Sequence record: AP018399.1
Length of the DNA: 64,000 nucleotides
Direction: 5' to 3' (one strand)
A program made the translations under genes and the position numbers. Numbering within the stretch: position 1 is the first letter of the stretch; each line of letters starts with the position of its first letter. Positions 44,499 through 52,990 of this stretch are shown piece after piece. The notes beneath the pieces were generated by a model. It saw only the letters and a program-made list of their open reading frames with translations, had not been told where the DNA came from and searched no databases.

Positions 44499-44573
44499 GG
44501 TGAGTTCGTTTAACGGTTAGGATTCCGGCCTGTCACGCCGGGGACACGGGTTCGATTCCCGTACTCACCGCCA
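44499..44573 (+). tRNA. tRNA-Asp(GTC)
   Basis: canonical. Confidence 0.95.
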
Positions 44574-44579
44574 ATCTTT

Positions 44580-44663
44580 GGGGTCATGGTGTAAAAAAGC
44601 ATTGCGCCCTGTCTGGGCGTAGATGATGGAGAGGTAGCGCTGCCTGCCCATCTGGCCCCGCCA
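44580..44663 (+). ncRNA. Asp(GTC)-like tRNA with T loop replaced by an extended hairpin
   Basis: GGGGTCA/TGGCCCC-GCCA; CT-GTC-TG loop; GATGG-(AGGTA-GCGC-TGCCT)-CCATC. Confidence 0.65.
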
Positions 44664-44733
44664 ATTTGAAGTAGGTGACAGCGGAAGGTTTTACTTGCCA
44701 AGGATGGCAATAGGTGTTAAGATTTACAAATGA

Positions 44734-44809
44734 TGGACCGTAGCTCAGTTGGTAGAGCAAACGACCGATAATCGTTTGGTCGCTGGTTCAAATCCAGCCG
44801 GTCCAACCA
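44734..44809 (+). tRNA. tRNA-Ile(GAT)
   Basis: canonical. Confidence 0.95.
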
Positions 44810-44829
44810 AACAACCAGAAAGGACTTAA

Positions 44830-45240
44830 ATGAAAAAGATTCTTGCAGTTGCAGTGATGTTCATGGTAGCATTCAGCGCCGCAGCCGGTGACTTCGATAC
44901 GAAGACCATCCAGCGCGATGACGGAAGCGTCCAGCATGTGATTCCAGTCACCGAGCAGACGTGCGACTTGCAGAACAAGTCCAATCTGGGCAATGCAGCC
45001 ATCGGTGCTGGTGTCGGTTACGCAACCGGACGTGTCATCAGTGGTCGCAGTCGCAACAGTGGCATGTGGGGTCTGGCAGGTGCAGCCGCAGGCGCACTCA
45101 TCGGTGCCAACACGCAGAAGTCGCAGGAGTGCCGTTACAAGACGGTGTTGAAGGGCCACAAGGTCATCACCATCAGCAAGGACGGCAAGATGAAGGAAGA
45201 TTTCGTTCCTTACGTCGGACCTGAGAAGGTTAAGCTGTAA
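44830..45240 (+). CDS. secreted glycine-zipper protein
   Basis: signal peptide; GAGVG and GAAAGALIG. Confidence 0.75.
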   Translation: MKKILAVAVMFMVAFSAAAGDFDTKTIQRDDGSVQHVIPVTEQTCDLQNKSNLGNAAIGAGVGYATGRVISGRSRNSGMWGLAGAAAGALIGANTQKSQECRYKTVLKGHKVITISKDGKMKEDFVPYVGPEKVKL

Positions 45241-45521
45241 TGCGCAAGTTCGAAGTGATTACGAAGCCGACCAACACGGTCAAGCTCACTATCGCGAAAG
45301 ACCGCGTTACCGTGAAGCTCCCGGAGTCAATCACTCTGGTGAATGCCGAACGAATCGTGAAGTTCTTCAAGAAGGTGGCTGACAAGAATCCTTCGCCGGA
45401 ATTCACGTTGCGCGGTAATGGTACACCGGAGAATGTCATGCGACACGGCATTGCGATGTACTCTGGGATTCGTCCCGGTCGTAAGCCGGTCAACGAAGGT
45501 TCGTACAAGTTTGAAGAGTAA
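45240..45521 (+). CDS. hypothetical protein
   Basis: coupled start. Confidence 0.7.
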   Translation: MRKFEVITKPTNTVKLTIAKDRVTVKLPESITLVNAERIVKFFKKVADKNPSPEFTLRGNGTPENVMRHGIAMYSGIRPGRKPVNEGSYKFEE

Positions 45522-45523
45522 GA

Positions 45524-45649
45524 CGTTCTCGGACGTAAACCGAGTGGTGGAGGGCCGGGAAGCCGACCCCTAAAAGCAAGACGGCAACGACTAGACTGAC
45601 CGCCGAAATATGCATAGAAGAGTCAAACTAGTGACAGCAAGAGAGAATG
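45524..45649 (+). ncRNA. structured ncRNA candidate
   Basis: CGTTCTC/GAGAATG closing stem; ACTAG/CTAGT and TGAC/GTCA helices. Confidence 0.35.
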
Positions 45650-45677
45650 CACAGAATTCAATTGATTAGAGAGAACG

Positions 45678-45905
45678 ATGAAGATTTTTGCACGACCCAA
45701 GGCTTCAACCGCAGAGCGTAACAGCAAGATGGGATTTTCCCAGCGTATGAGTCCGAGGTATGCGTATGAAATTGAGCGCGTCTTCGAAGATAAGGATGGA
45801 GTGAAGCGTGTTGCGCTGTCTGGTTACAGCAAGGCGCATACGATGAACTACACCGCCGAGGACTACACGTTCGAAGATGCCATCAAGCGTCCTGTCGTCG
45901 TCTAA
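45678..45905 (+). CDS. hypothetical protein
   Basis: ORF track. Confidence 0.65.
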   Translation: MKIFARPKASTAERNSKMGFSQRMSPRYAYEIERVFEDKDGVKRVALSGYSKAHTMNYTAEDYTFEDAIKRPVVV

Positions 45906-45914
45906 GCAATATAT

Positions 45915-45994
45915 ACGGGTGTAACCACCGTGCCTACGAAGCACGAGTAAGGTAATGGATGAAAATGCAGGTTCGACCCCTGTCGCCCGTGCCA
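45915..45994 (+). tRNA. tRNA-Arg(ACG)-like gene lacking the D arm
   Basis: ACGGGTG/CGCCCGT-GCCA, CGTGC-CTACGAA-GCACG, canonical T arm; only 7 nt between acceptor and anticodon stem. Confidence 0.7.
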
Positions 45995-46068
45995 ACTTAA
46001 GAGGTAACTAAAATGAAAATGTATCAGGAGGCCAATCATGCTTTAGGTTAAAATAGGAGAACCTAATC

Positions 46069-46755
46069 ATGAAAGGCAAGACTGTAGAGACTGTTCCGTT
46101 CGCATTTCGTTTCTTTCTGGTGAATCGCTTCACCAAGGAACGTTTCGGACCCTTCGACAGCATTGAGGAAGCGAAGAGCTTCCGTTACGAGAAGTACCGC
46201 TGGCACTATTGGGCCACTGAACTCTACTCGGATGCGCTGCCGCTGGACCGTCGCGAACGTGAAAAGGTTTGGCTTGACAGCCTGCGCAGCAATGCAGAAC
46301 GTCGCTACGAGCGTCCGTTTTGCATCGTGACTCATCTGGGTGATGTTGTTCACCCGGACGAAATCAAAGCTGCCAGCGGTGGATACGTCTACCGTAACAA
46401 CGGCTGGGAAGCACGCAACAAGAAGCGCAACACCATCGAAGTTGGATTGGTGAAGCGCAAGGGTGATGGCAACAAGATTAAGAGCGATTGGGCGTACCGG
46501 CAATACTGGAACAACTACTCGCAGGAAATCGACTTCACCAACGATTCGTTCGGATACTTCCGTCGAATCAGTACCACGGCTGAGCATCGTGCTAACGCGG
46601 GATGCGATGCTGATTACGGCCAAGGCTTCGTTCGCGGTGCCCGTCGCGGTCACAATCTCCCGACCTCATGGGATGACGTGAACTGCGGTGCATACGGACT
46701 GAGTGCTTGTTGGAAGCATAACAGCAAGCGTCGTAAGCAGTGGAAGCCTAAGTAA
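46069..46755 (+). CDS. phage hypothetical protein
   Basis: C-terminal LPTSWDD...WKHNSKRRKQWK. Confidence 0.8.
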   Translation: MKGKTVETVPFAFRFFLVNRFTKERFGPFDSIEEAKSFRYEKYRWHYWATELYSDALPLDRREREKVWLDSLRSNAERRYERPFCIVTHLGDVVHPDEIKAASGGYVYRNNGWEARNKKRNTIEVGLVKRKGDGNKIKSDWAYRQYWNNYSQEIDFTNDSFGYFRRISTTAEHRANAGCDADYGQGFVRGARRGHNLPTSWDDVNCGAYGLSACWKHNSKRRKQWKPK

Positions 46756-46760
46756 GATAC

Positions 46761-46836
46761 GGGGCCAAGGTGTTGACGGGTGGCATACTAGCTTTGCAAG
46801 CTTGGGGACTGGGTTCAATTCCCAGTGGCTCCACCA
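46761..46836 (+). tRNA. tRNA-Ala(TGC)
   Basis: G3-U70, canonical. Confidence 0.95.
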
Positions 46837-46855
46837 AATTAAAACAAGTAGATAT

Positions 46856-46930
46856 GGGAAGTTAGCTCAGGGGTAGAGCGGCTCCCTTACAAGGAGCGGG
46901 TCGGGGGTTCGAAACCCTCACTTCCTACCA
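46856..46930 (+). tRNA. tRNA-Val(TAC)
   Basis: canonical. Confidence 0.95.
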
Positions 46931-46942
46931 TATTACTACGAT

Positions 46943-47019
46943 GGGGACGGTAGCTCAACGGTTAGAGTGCTGCACTGTGAATGCGGTGATAGCGGGTTCG
47001 ATTCCCCTCCGTCCCCCCA
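46943..47019 (+). tRNA. tRNA-His(GTG) with encoded G-1
   Basis: G-1:C73, CT-GTG-AA. Confidence 0.95.
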
Positions 47020-47022
47020 AAC

Positions 47023-47114
47023 GGAAGCGTGTCCGAGTGGCTTATGGTAGCTCTTTGCTAAAGAGCCGACCCCTTAAACGGGGTCCGCAGGTTCGAATCC
47101 TGCCGCTTCCGCCA
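47023..47114 (+). tRNA. tRNA-Ser(GCT)
   Basis: class II cloverleaf. Confidence 0.95.
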
Positions 47115-47172
47115 TATTCAGCATCATCACCATCTTTACACGTCATCTTCATTGGTGTATAGTGACCTCATT

Positions 47173-47385
47173 ATGAAGGACTACCGAATCAAGATGGTGA
47201 CCAAGGACGGGTGCCTAGTCCAGAACAGGGTAGGCAAACGCGACTTCTGGCTGCGCCCTGACGGCAAGCTTGACGAGCATTTCGCCCATATCAGCCTGAC
47301 CTCTGATGCCCGTGAAAAGGGCGTGCGGCTTCTCTCTTACACCCATGACCAAGACGGCGTTCAGGCCGTAGTCGAGTGGCTTTGA
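47173..47385 (+). CDS. hypothetical protein
   Basis: ORF. Confidence 0.65.
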   Translation: MKDYRIKMVTKDGCLVQNRVGKRDFWLRPDGKLDEHFAHISLTSDAREKGVRLLSYTHDQDGVQAVVEWL

Positions 47386-47446
47386 TACACTCCCGGCTGG
47401 TGCATTGTAGCACGACCGGCGTCAAGGTTCCATAAACAAATCATTC

Positions 47447-47523
47447 CCGTCTATAGCTCAACTGGACAGAGCAGTGGTGTTCTAGGCCATTGGTTGGGGG
47501 TTCGAATCCCTCTGGGCGGGCCA
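47447..47523 (+). tRNA. tRNA-Arg(TCT)
   Basis: GT-TCT-AG loop, canonical D/T arms. Confidence 0.9.
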
Positions 47524-47710
47524 ATTTTGCCCATTCACGTCACTATACGGGCACGTATCTGACCTTCCGCGTCACCCTGAACGATAGCTAAACGTTACCT
47601 GTCCGATACCAGCCCCGATGTAAAAAACCTGTGGACGCCCCGTGGAGGATGTGTCAATATTGATACACGGTCGCAGCAGCACAACAGGCCGTATCACTCA
47701 GGGGTTATAA

Positions 47711-47953
47711 ATGGACGCGGGCGTCAGAGAATTCGCAGTAGCACTACAGGAAGTCATCAAGCAAAACCGAGCGGCAACAGAAGTAGATACCGGGGACGAA
47801 GTAGCAGACGAAGCATTCGCTCATGGGGTCCAGACAGTTCTTTGCGACCTTGAACAAATGCTGAACGACTTGGGGCAAGGGTTCGACGTGTACCGTTCAG
47901 AGCGACCGTTCATCCCGTTGGGCTTCAAGATACACGCTGTCGTAACTCATTGA
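47711..47953 (+). CDS. hypothetical protein
   Basis: ORF track. Confidence 0.55.
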   Translation: MDAGVREFAVALQEVIKQNRAATEVDTGDEVADEAFAHGVQTVLCDLEQMLNDLGQGFDVYRSERPFIPLGFKIHAVVTH

Positions 47954-48164
47954 TTCGGCAGTAGATTTTTCCTTAACTCCAAAACTATAAAGCACTTTCT
48001 TCGTGATTGAAGAAAGTGCTTGACTTCGTGTGTTCGTTTGCCTATAGTATTTCCAACGCGGCGGGAAATTGACGGCTGACCCCGACAACCGACCTAAGCG
48101 TTATCTCATCGGAGAGACTTAGACAACAACTCACACACAACAGCAACTTTTGGAGTAACGCAAC

Positions 48165-48545
48165 ATGACACAGTATCAGTTCTCGGACCTCAACACGGAC
48201 CGTACCGTCAGCAACATCCCGCCCAAGACCCGCACGGTCAAGAAGTCGCCGCTGGCGGCTCGGATGGAGAAGCTGAAAATCAATGAAGCCTTCGTCATCA
48301 ACGACGCCCAGATGGCTTCTGTCGCCGCCAATGTCTACGCAACCGCCAAGCGCATCGGCGTGAAGGTCACCCTTCGCCAGTTGCCGGAAGGCGTGGGCGT
48401 GTGGCGTGTCCGCAATACCAACGCCTCGCAGACCGACACCGAACGCAAGAACGAAACGCAGAACGGCGCACCCGCCAAGAAGCGTCTCGTGAAGGCCAAC
48501 GCTGCACAGTCGCAGGGGCGAGGCCGTGGTCGTAAAGCGGCTTAA
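48165..48545 (+). CDS. basic hypothetical protein, possibly DNA-binding
   Basis: GGAG RBS; basic tail. Confidence 0.75.
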   Translation: MTQYQFSDLNTDRTVSNIPPKTRTVKKSPLAARMEKLKINEAFVINDAQMASVAANVYATAKRIGVKVTLRQLPEGVGVWRVRNTNASQTDTERKNETQNGAPAKKRLVKANAAQSQGRGRGRKAA

Positions 48546-48725
48546 CTCACAGACCAGCATCGCACCTTGCGATAGAAGAGTGGCCCGGTCTGACCACCGG
48601 GCTAACTCTAGGGTTACTACTTTTGGAGTGCGCCCATAGTACAGGTATGTGATGAGTCTGTCAAGGGGTAGTGCGAAGAAATTTCACTCTTGACAGTTAT
48701 AGATGACGGCACTATAATTAGTGCC

Positions 48726-49340
48726 ATGACCATCCATGACGAAATCATCAAGCTTCGGGACTCGGCCAGCAACAGCCTGCGTCGGGTGGAAAACTTCCCC
48801 AAGCTGACACCATACGGGTCCATATACACCGCCACGCTAGTCGCTGGCGGTATTGCCCTGTCCGAAGTCTTCAAGTTCAACCCGCACACCTACGCGGGTG
48901 AAGACATGGATGGCATCATCAAGCGTCTGGTCGAGCGGGCCGGACTGGTGGAAGGGACGCTGGGCTACGTCGAATGCACCGAAGGCGTGCTGGACTATCT
49001 GCTGGTCCCGTCTGAGGATGAGTCCTACCAGAAGAAGTTCTACAATGGCGTGTCCGCATCCCGCGACCGCAAGAACGTCACCATCCCCGGCACTGGCATT
49101 CGCTACACCGTGAAGAAGCCGGAAGCGAAGCGCAACGTCTACAGCGATTGGAAGACTCTGGACGCATCCGTCCTAGTGGTCATCAATGCCGTGGGCGAAT
49201 GGAAAGACGAAAAGGCCGACGAAGAGAACAAGAAGAAGGTCGAAGACTGGCTTGTTTCTACGGCCGGTGACGTGACCAAGGCGCTGGAATATCTCACTGC
49301 ACTGGACAAGTTGGTCGGGAAGGCTATGACTCATAAATAA
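48726..49340 (+). CDS. hypothetical protein
   Basis: ORF after promoter. Confidence 0.75.
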   Translation: MTIHDEIIKLRDSASNSLRRVENFPKLTPYGSIYTATLVAGGIALSEVFKFNPHTYAGEDMDGIIKRLVERAGLVEGTLGYVECTEGVLDYLLVPSEDESYQKKFYNGVSASRDRKNVTIPGTGIRYTVKKPEAKRNVYSDWKTLDASVLVVINAVGEWKDEKADEENKKKVEDWLVSTAGDVTKALEYLTALDKLVGKAMTHK

Positions 49341-49364
49341 GTTCATCAACCGAGCTTATTTGCA

Positions 49365-49727
49365 ATGAGACTAGACCTTTTCAACCCGTGGCGTGACCTA
49401 ACAACTTGGTCAGGCTTGACTCTACAGTACCAGACTTCCAAGAAGGGCGACACTTGGACTACCTACATTCGTGAGAAGGATAGCAAGCAGCCTATCACGT
49501 TTGGTATCTCACGCAATTCTAAGGAAGAGTCCCTACAGCGCGCGGACCAGAATCTTAAGCGAATTGGCATCGAAGGCGTTCAGAAGGCGATGGCTACCGG
49601 CCAGATGATTCGCCCTAACGAAGCGCTCCCCCAGCAGGAACCACGCAAGGAAATCGAATGGCGTGATGGAGCTAACCACCGCTTCAAGGCCCAGCGTGAT
49701 ATCGTTGACGGCAAACCTCAACGCTAA
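49365..49727 (+). CDS. hypothetical protein (late motif upstream)
   Basis: ORF after ATAAATA. Confidence 0.7.
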   Translation: MRLDLFNPWRDLTTWSGLTLQYQTSKKGDTWTTYIREKDSKQPITFGISRNSKEESLQRADQNLKRIGIEGVQKAMATGQMIRPNEALPQQEPRKEIEWRDGANHRFKAQRDIVDGKPQR

Positions 49728-49815
49728 TCTTCAAAAATAATCTTCTCAATCTATTGACAACGCCAAATGATGGGCTTATAATTTAGCCCATCCTATCCAC
49801 TCATGGAGAAACAAT

Positions 49816-50415
49816 ATGACCCTCACCGGTCGTCTTGCTACCCTGATTGCTGCACTAGGCGTGTCAATCGTCGCTTTCAACCACTTCAACAAGCCCGAAG
49901 TCGTTGATATCTCTCACATCCAGCCTGTCGAAGTCCTTCCGGACCCCATTCCGGAAGCTGAAAGCGTGCTGGTTCAGCTTGACCAAGCCGAATTCGAATG
50001 TATGCGTGCCAATATGTACTATGAGGCCCGCAATCAGCGTTCGGATGAAGCCTACATCGCAGTTGGCTACACCGTTCTCAATCGCGTCGCTTCCAAGCGC
50101 TACCCTGACTCCATCTGCGGTGTCATTTCGCAGGCACGTCGCGATTCGAAGGGCAATCCCATCCGCCACAAGTGTCAGTTTTCGTGGTACTGCGATGGCA
50201 AGCCGGACGTTCCGAATCTGAACAATGTTTTGGAACGTCGTGCTTGGGAGCGTGCAACCGAACTTGCCGCACAAGTGATGCGGAATGAAGTTGACAATCC
50301 GATTGGAAACGCTACAATGTACCACGCTACTTACGTCAACCCGCACTGGAAGCGTGCCTATCACAAGGTCGCGACCATCGAAACCCACATCTTCTACTCC
50401 CAAACCAAGGCTTAA
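49816..50415 (+). CDS. SleB-like cell wall hydrolase (Hydrolase_2)
   Basis: CMRANMYYEAR, VLNRV...YPDSICGV, CQFSWYCDG, YHATYVNP.W, THIFY. Confidence 0.92.
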   Translation: MTLTGRLATLIAALGVSIVAFNHFNKPEVVDISHIQPVEVLPDPIPEAESVLVQLDQAEFECMRANMYYEARNQRSDEAYIAVGYTVLNRVASKRYPDSICGVISQARRDSKGNPIRHKCQFSWYCDGKPDVPNLNNVLERRAWERATELAAQVMRNEVDNPIGNATMYHATYVNPHWKRAYHKVATIETHIFYSQTKA

Positions 50416-50419
50416 TCAA

Positions 50420-51034
50420 ATGCTGACTCTGAATTTCGATACGTGGTTCATGCGCAAGTTCCTCAACTACAGCGGTCGCTACGCTGAACCGCCGAAGACC
50501 ATCTGTGAACTCGGTCGCGTCATCCTCGGCATGACCTTCCTGTGGCTGGTCGGTATCACTGTCGTGCTGGCTGTCGTGTCCCTGTACCTCACTGGCCTGT
50601 TCGGCGTGTTCTACGTGATGTTCACCGATACCACGCTGGCCGAATTCTTCGACTTCGCCACGAAGGAAGCAACGTGGACCGGCATGGCTTGGCTGTTCTT
50701 CATTCTGGGCAACATCGCTCTGGCTGTGGCCGCTGGCATCTTCGGCTTCAAGTTCGCCAAGGAATACCGGGACGAAAAGCAACATGAACGTGCCCGCCTG
50801 AACTTCGAAAAGACTGGCGTGTGGGAAGTGCCGAAGGCTGCACCGTCGCCCATCAAGGAATTCTTCAAGGGTGTCTGGGCGCGATTCCACGACAAGACTT
50901 GCACGATGATTCAGTGGGAGAACGACCCGGCCACCCTGCGCCAGCGCGAGCGTGAAAAGGAAGAGCGCGAGTGGGAAGAGCGTCGTGCAAAGCTCATCGC
51001 TGAAACAATCTCTGATTCAGAAAACAACGCTTGA
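50420..51034 (+). CDS. membrane protein
   Basis: two TM segments. Confidence 0.75.
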   Translation: MLTLNFDTWFMRKFLNYSGRYAEPPKTICELGRVILGMTFLWLVGITVVLAVVSLYLTGLFGVFYVMFTDTTLAEFFDFATKEATWTGMAWLFFILGNIALAVAAGIFGFKFAKEYRDEKQHERARLNFEKTGVWEVPKAAPSPIKEFFKGVWARFHDKTCTMIQWENDPATLRQREREKEEREWEERRAKLIAETISDSENNA

Positions 51035-51098
51035 CATAGTAATCACATCGCTGTAATCTAACCTCACTTTCCAACCACTACCTCAAAGGTAAGCAATA

Positions 51099-51524
51099 AT
51101 GTCCCAGCCGGTTCGTTTCACCCACAACACCCGCAACCCGCGTCTGCGCTACACCGTGGCGTACTCGTTCGAAAAGAATGCCGATGGCACCCTCGACGTG
51201 ACCTACGGCATCGCACAGTGCCGCAAGGGCGACTCGTTCTCCCGTTCGGAAGGCCGCAAGATGGCCGAAGCCCGTCTCAACAAGGCTCGCAAGGGCAAGC
51301 AGGCTGCGGTGGTCGATGCCGAGTCCGGCGAAGCTCTGGTCCCGCTGTACGGCGTCCTGTCGGTGCAGGACCATGCTGGCCTGAGCGTCGGCAAGTTCGT
51401 CTCCGAGACGTTCGAAGCTGACCGCCAGAAGACGCTGGCCTACAACTCGCAGAACTCGCTGGGCGCAATCGCCGCTCAGGTGTTCGGCCCGTCGCTGTCG
51501 AAGGCTCTGGGTTTCAGCTTCTAA
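51099..51524 (+). CDS. phage hypothetical protein
   Basis: YGIAQCRKGDSFSRSEGRKMAEARL. Confidence 0.8.
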   Translation: MSQPVRFTHNTRNPRLRYTVAYSFEKNADGTLDVTYGIAQCRKGDSFSRSEGRKMAEARLNKARKGKQAAVVDAESGEALVPLYGVLSVQDHAGLSVGKFVSETFEADRQKTLAYNSQNSLGAIAAQVFGPSLSKALGFSF

Positions 51525-51535
51525 GTAAAAAAGAA

Positions 51536-51584
51536 CCCGCGTTAGGTGTTTCGCCTCCTTGGCATCTAACGCGGGTTTCTTCTT
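51536..51584 (+). terminator. long intrinsic terminator with CCTCCTT in its loop
   Basis: CCCGCGTTAG-GTGT / GCAT-CTAACGCGGG, T-rich tail. Confidence 0.75.
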
Positions 51585-51620
51585 CTCAAGGGGTATTTGG
51601 TAACAAAACTGGAAACACAA

Positions 51621-51818
51621 ATGATTAACAAGAAGACCCTTTTCTTCACCCTCGTCTCTGACGGTACCCCGCACCAGTTCGAAGCTTTCAAGAGCATCAT
51701 CTGCCCTTACGAAAAGAAGAAGAGATACCAGCTTGACGTGTATCGCGACATGGTGGCATTCCGCAACTCTCCCCGCGTCTACATCCTCGACAACACAGGC
51801 AATATCCTCCCGGTCTAA
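51621..51818 (+). CDS. hypothetical protein
   Basis: ORF. Confidence 0.6.
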   Translation: MINKKTLFFTLVSDGTPHQFEAFKSIICPYEKKKRYQLDVYRDMVAFRNSPRVYILDNTGNILPV

Positions 51819-51849
51819 ATAAGACCACACCGAATCTTAAGGGGGATAC

Positions 51850-52050
51850 ATGCTTTCGTTTCGTAACCAACTGCTACAGACCTTCGGCATCGAACGTGAC
51901 TTCGCTGCCATCGTCAACTCTGACATTCAGATTCAGCATTCCGACGAATGTGAACCGTTTGCAGAAATCGTGACTGATAAGGCCGGACACACAACCCTTA
52001 GAGTCGGGAGACTCCAACCTAACAGGGTGCCGGTCATCAAGATTCGGTAA
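51850..52050 (+). CDS. hypothetical protein (late motif upstream)
   Basis: GGGGGA RBS. Confidence 0.55.
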   Translation: MLSFRNQLLQTFGIERDFAAIVNSDIQIQHSDECEPFAEIVTDKAGHTTLRVGRLQPNRVPVIKIR

Positions 52051-52051
52051 G

Positions 52052-52879
52052 TCAAATCTGGGATTGAACTAGGCGGTGGAATTCCTTCACCGCCTTTTTC
52101 CATTTCTGGGGATTCTTCTTAAAAACTGACGCAAAGAACGGATAAGCCCCAGCGTTACGTCGCGGGTCAACTGCATCATAGAATGCCGATTGAATCTTCT
52201 CACGGTCTTTCACTCCACGAATCGAATTGATAAAATCTGAGGCCGCTGTGGTAATCTGTGGTCCGAATTCTTCCTGACTGTTGTAGTACAGGTCTGAGTC
52301 TTCCTGACCAGCTAGACGTGCTGCGTTGGTACCCGTCTGTGATGGGTGTAGCTTCCCTAGCGCAACGTCCTGAACCATGTGCTGCAACTCGTGGTCAACA
52401 ATACCTTCAAGCGAGTGAAGCTGTTGTGGAATCAAGTTAGGATTATAAACGGCTCGGTCAGGTTTCACCGACGCCACGTTGACATTGATAGCTGACGGGT
52501 CACCCTTCGACTTCTGGAAGTATTCGCCATCGTTCGTATTACCTGCTGCTCGTGGACCAGCATAGAGCTTGAGTACGAAATCTTTTGTACGTATATTCTT
52601 TCTGTAGCGTTCCGGTAGCTCACTGGTACGGAATGCCACCTTGCCGCGTAGAGCCGGGTTGTTGCGGTCTAGGTTATGCAATTCAAAATCGCCGTACTTG
52701 GCTCGTGCATCCTGTAGAGCCTTTTCGAACTCTGGACCCGGTTCCTCTCCGTCCACACGATACAAACGTGCTAGATGACTGAAATAGGCCGCTGCAACAA
52801 TGCTCATGGCCTGTTGATACGTGGTAGGCGGAATCTGAATCTTGGACTCGGCTAGGAATTGGCGGAATGAAGTCTTCAT
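52052..52879 (-). CDS. HExxH-containing protein, possible virion-internal protein
   Basis: MKTSFRQFLAE N-terminus; DHELQHMVQD; ATAAATA upstream. Confidence 0.7.
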   Translation of the reverse strand: MKTSFRQFLAESKIQIPPTTYQQAMSIVAAAYFSHLARLYRVDGEEPGPEFEKALQDARAKYGDFELHNLDRNNPALRGKVAFRTSELPERYRKNIRTKDFVLKLYAGPRAAGNTNDGEYFQKSKGDPSAINVNVASVKPDRAVYNPNLIPQQLHSLEGIVDHELQHMVQDVALGKLHPSQTGTNAARLAGQEDSDLYYNSQEEFGPQITTAASDFINSIRGVKDREKIQSAFYDAVDPRRNAGAYPFFASVFKKNPQKWKKAVKEFHRLVQSQI

Positions 52880-52892
52880 CCCCATATTTATT

Positions 52893-52936
52893 CCCGGCCT
52901 GCCATCCATTTTACACTATAAATTATAAAGTGTCAA
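52893..52936 (-). repeat. orphan promoter module copy 10
   Basis: minus strand TTGACA-17-TAAAATGGATGGCAGGCCGGGA. Confidence 0.85.
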
Positions 52937-52990
52937 CAAAAAAATACCCCTTGCATTGAGGGATGCAAGGGGCTATAATTTACTTTCTTC

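Noticed and set aside
28541-45995. Minus-strand ORFs over tRNA genes (28541-28777, 40361-40681, 43318-43563, 44216-44497, 44510-44710, 45705-45995)
   Set aside because: They translate antisense tRNA sequence (e.g. VGFEPT motifs); shadow ORFs
47540-47700. Possible ncRNA (ATACGG/CCGTAT closing stem)
   Set aside because: A 6-bp long-range stem is within chance and there is no additional support
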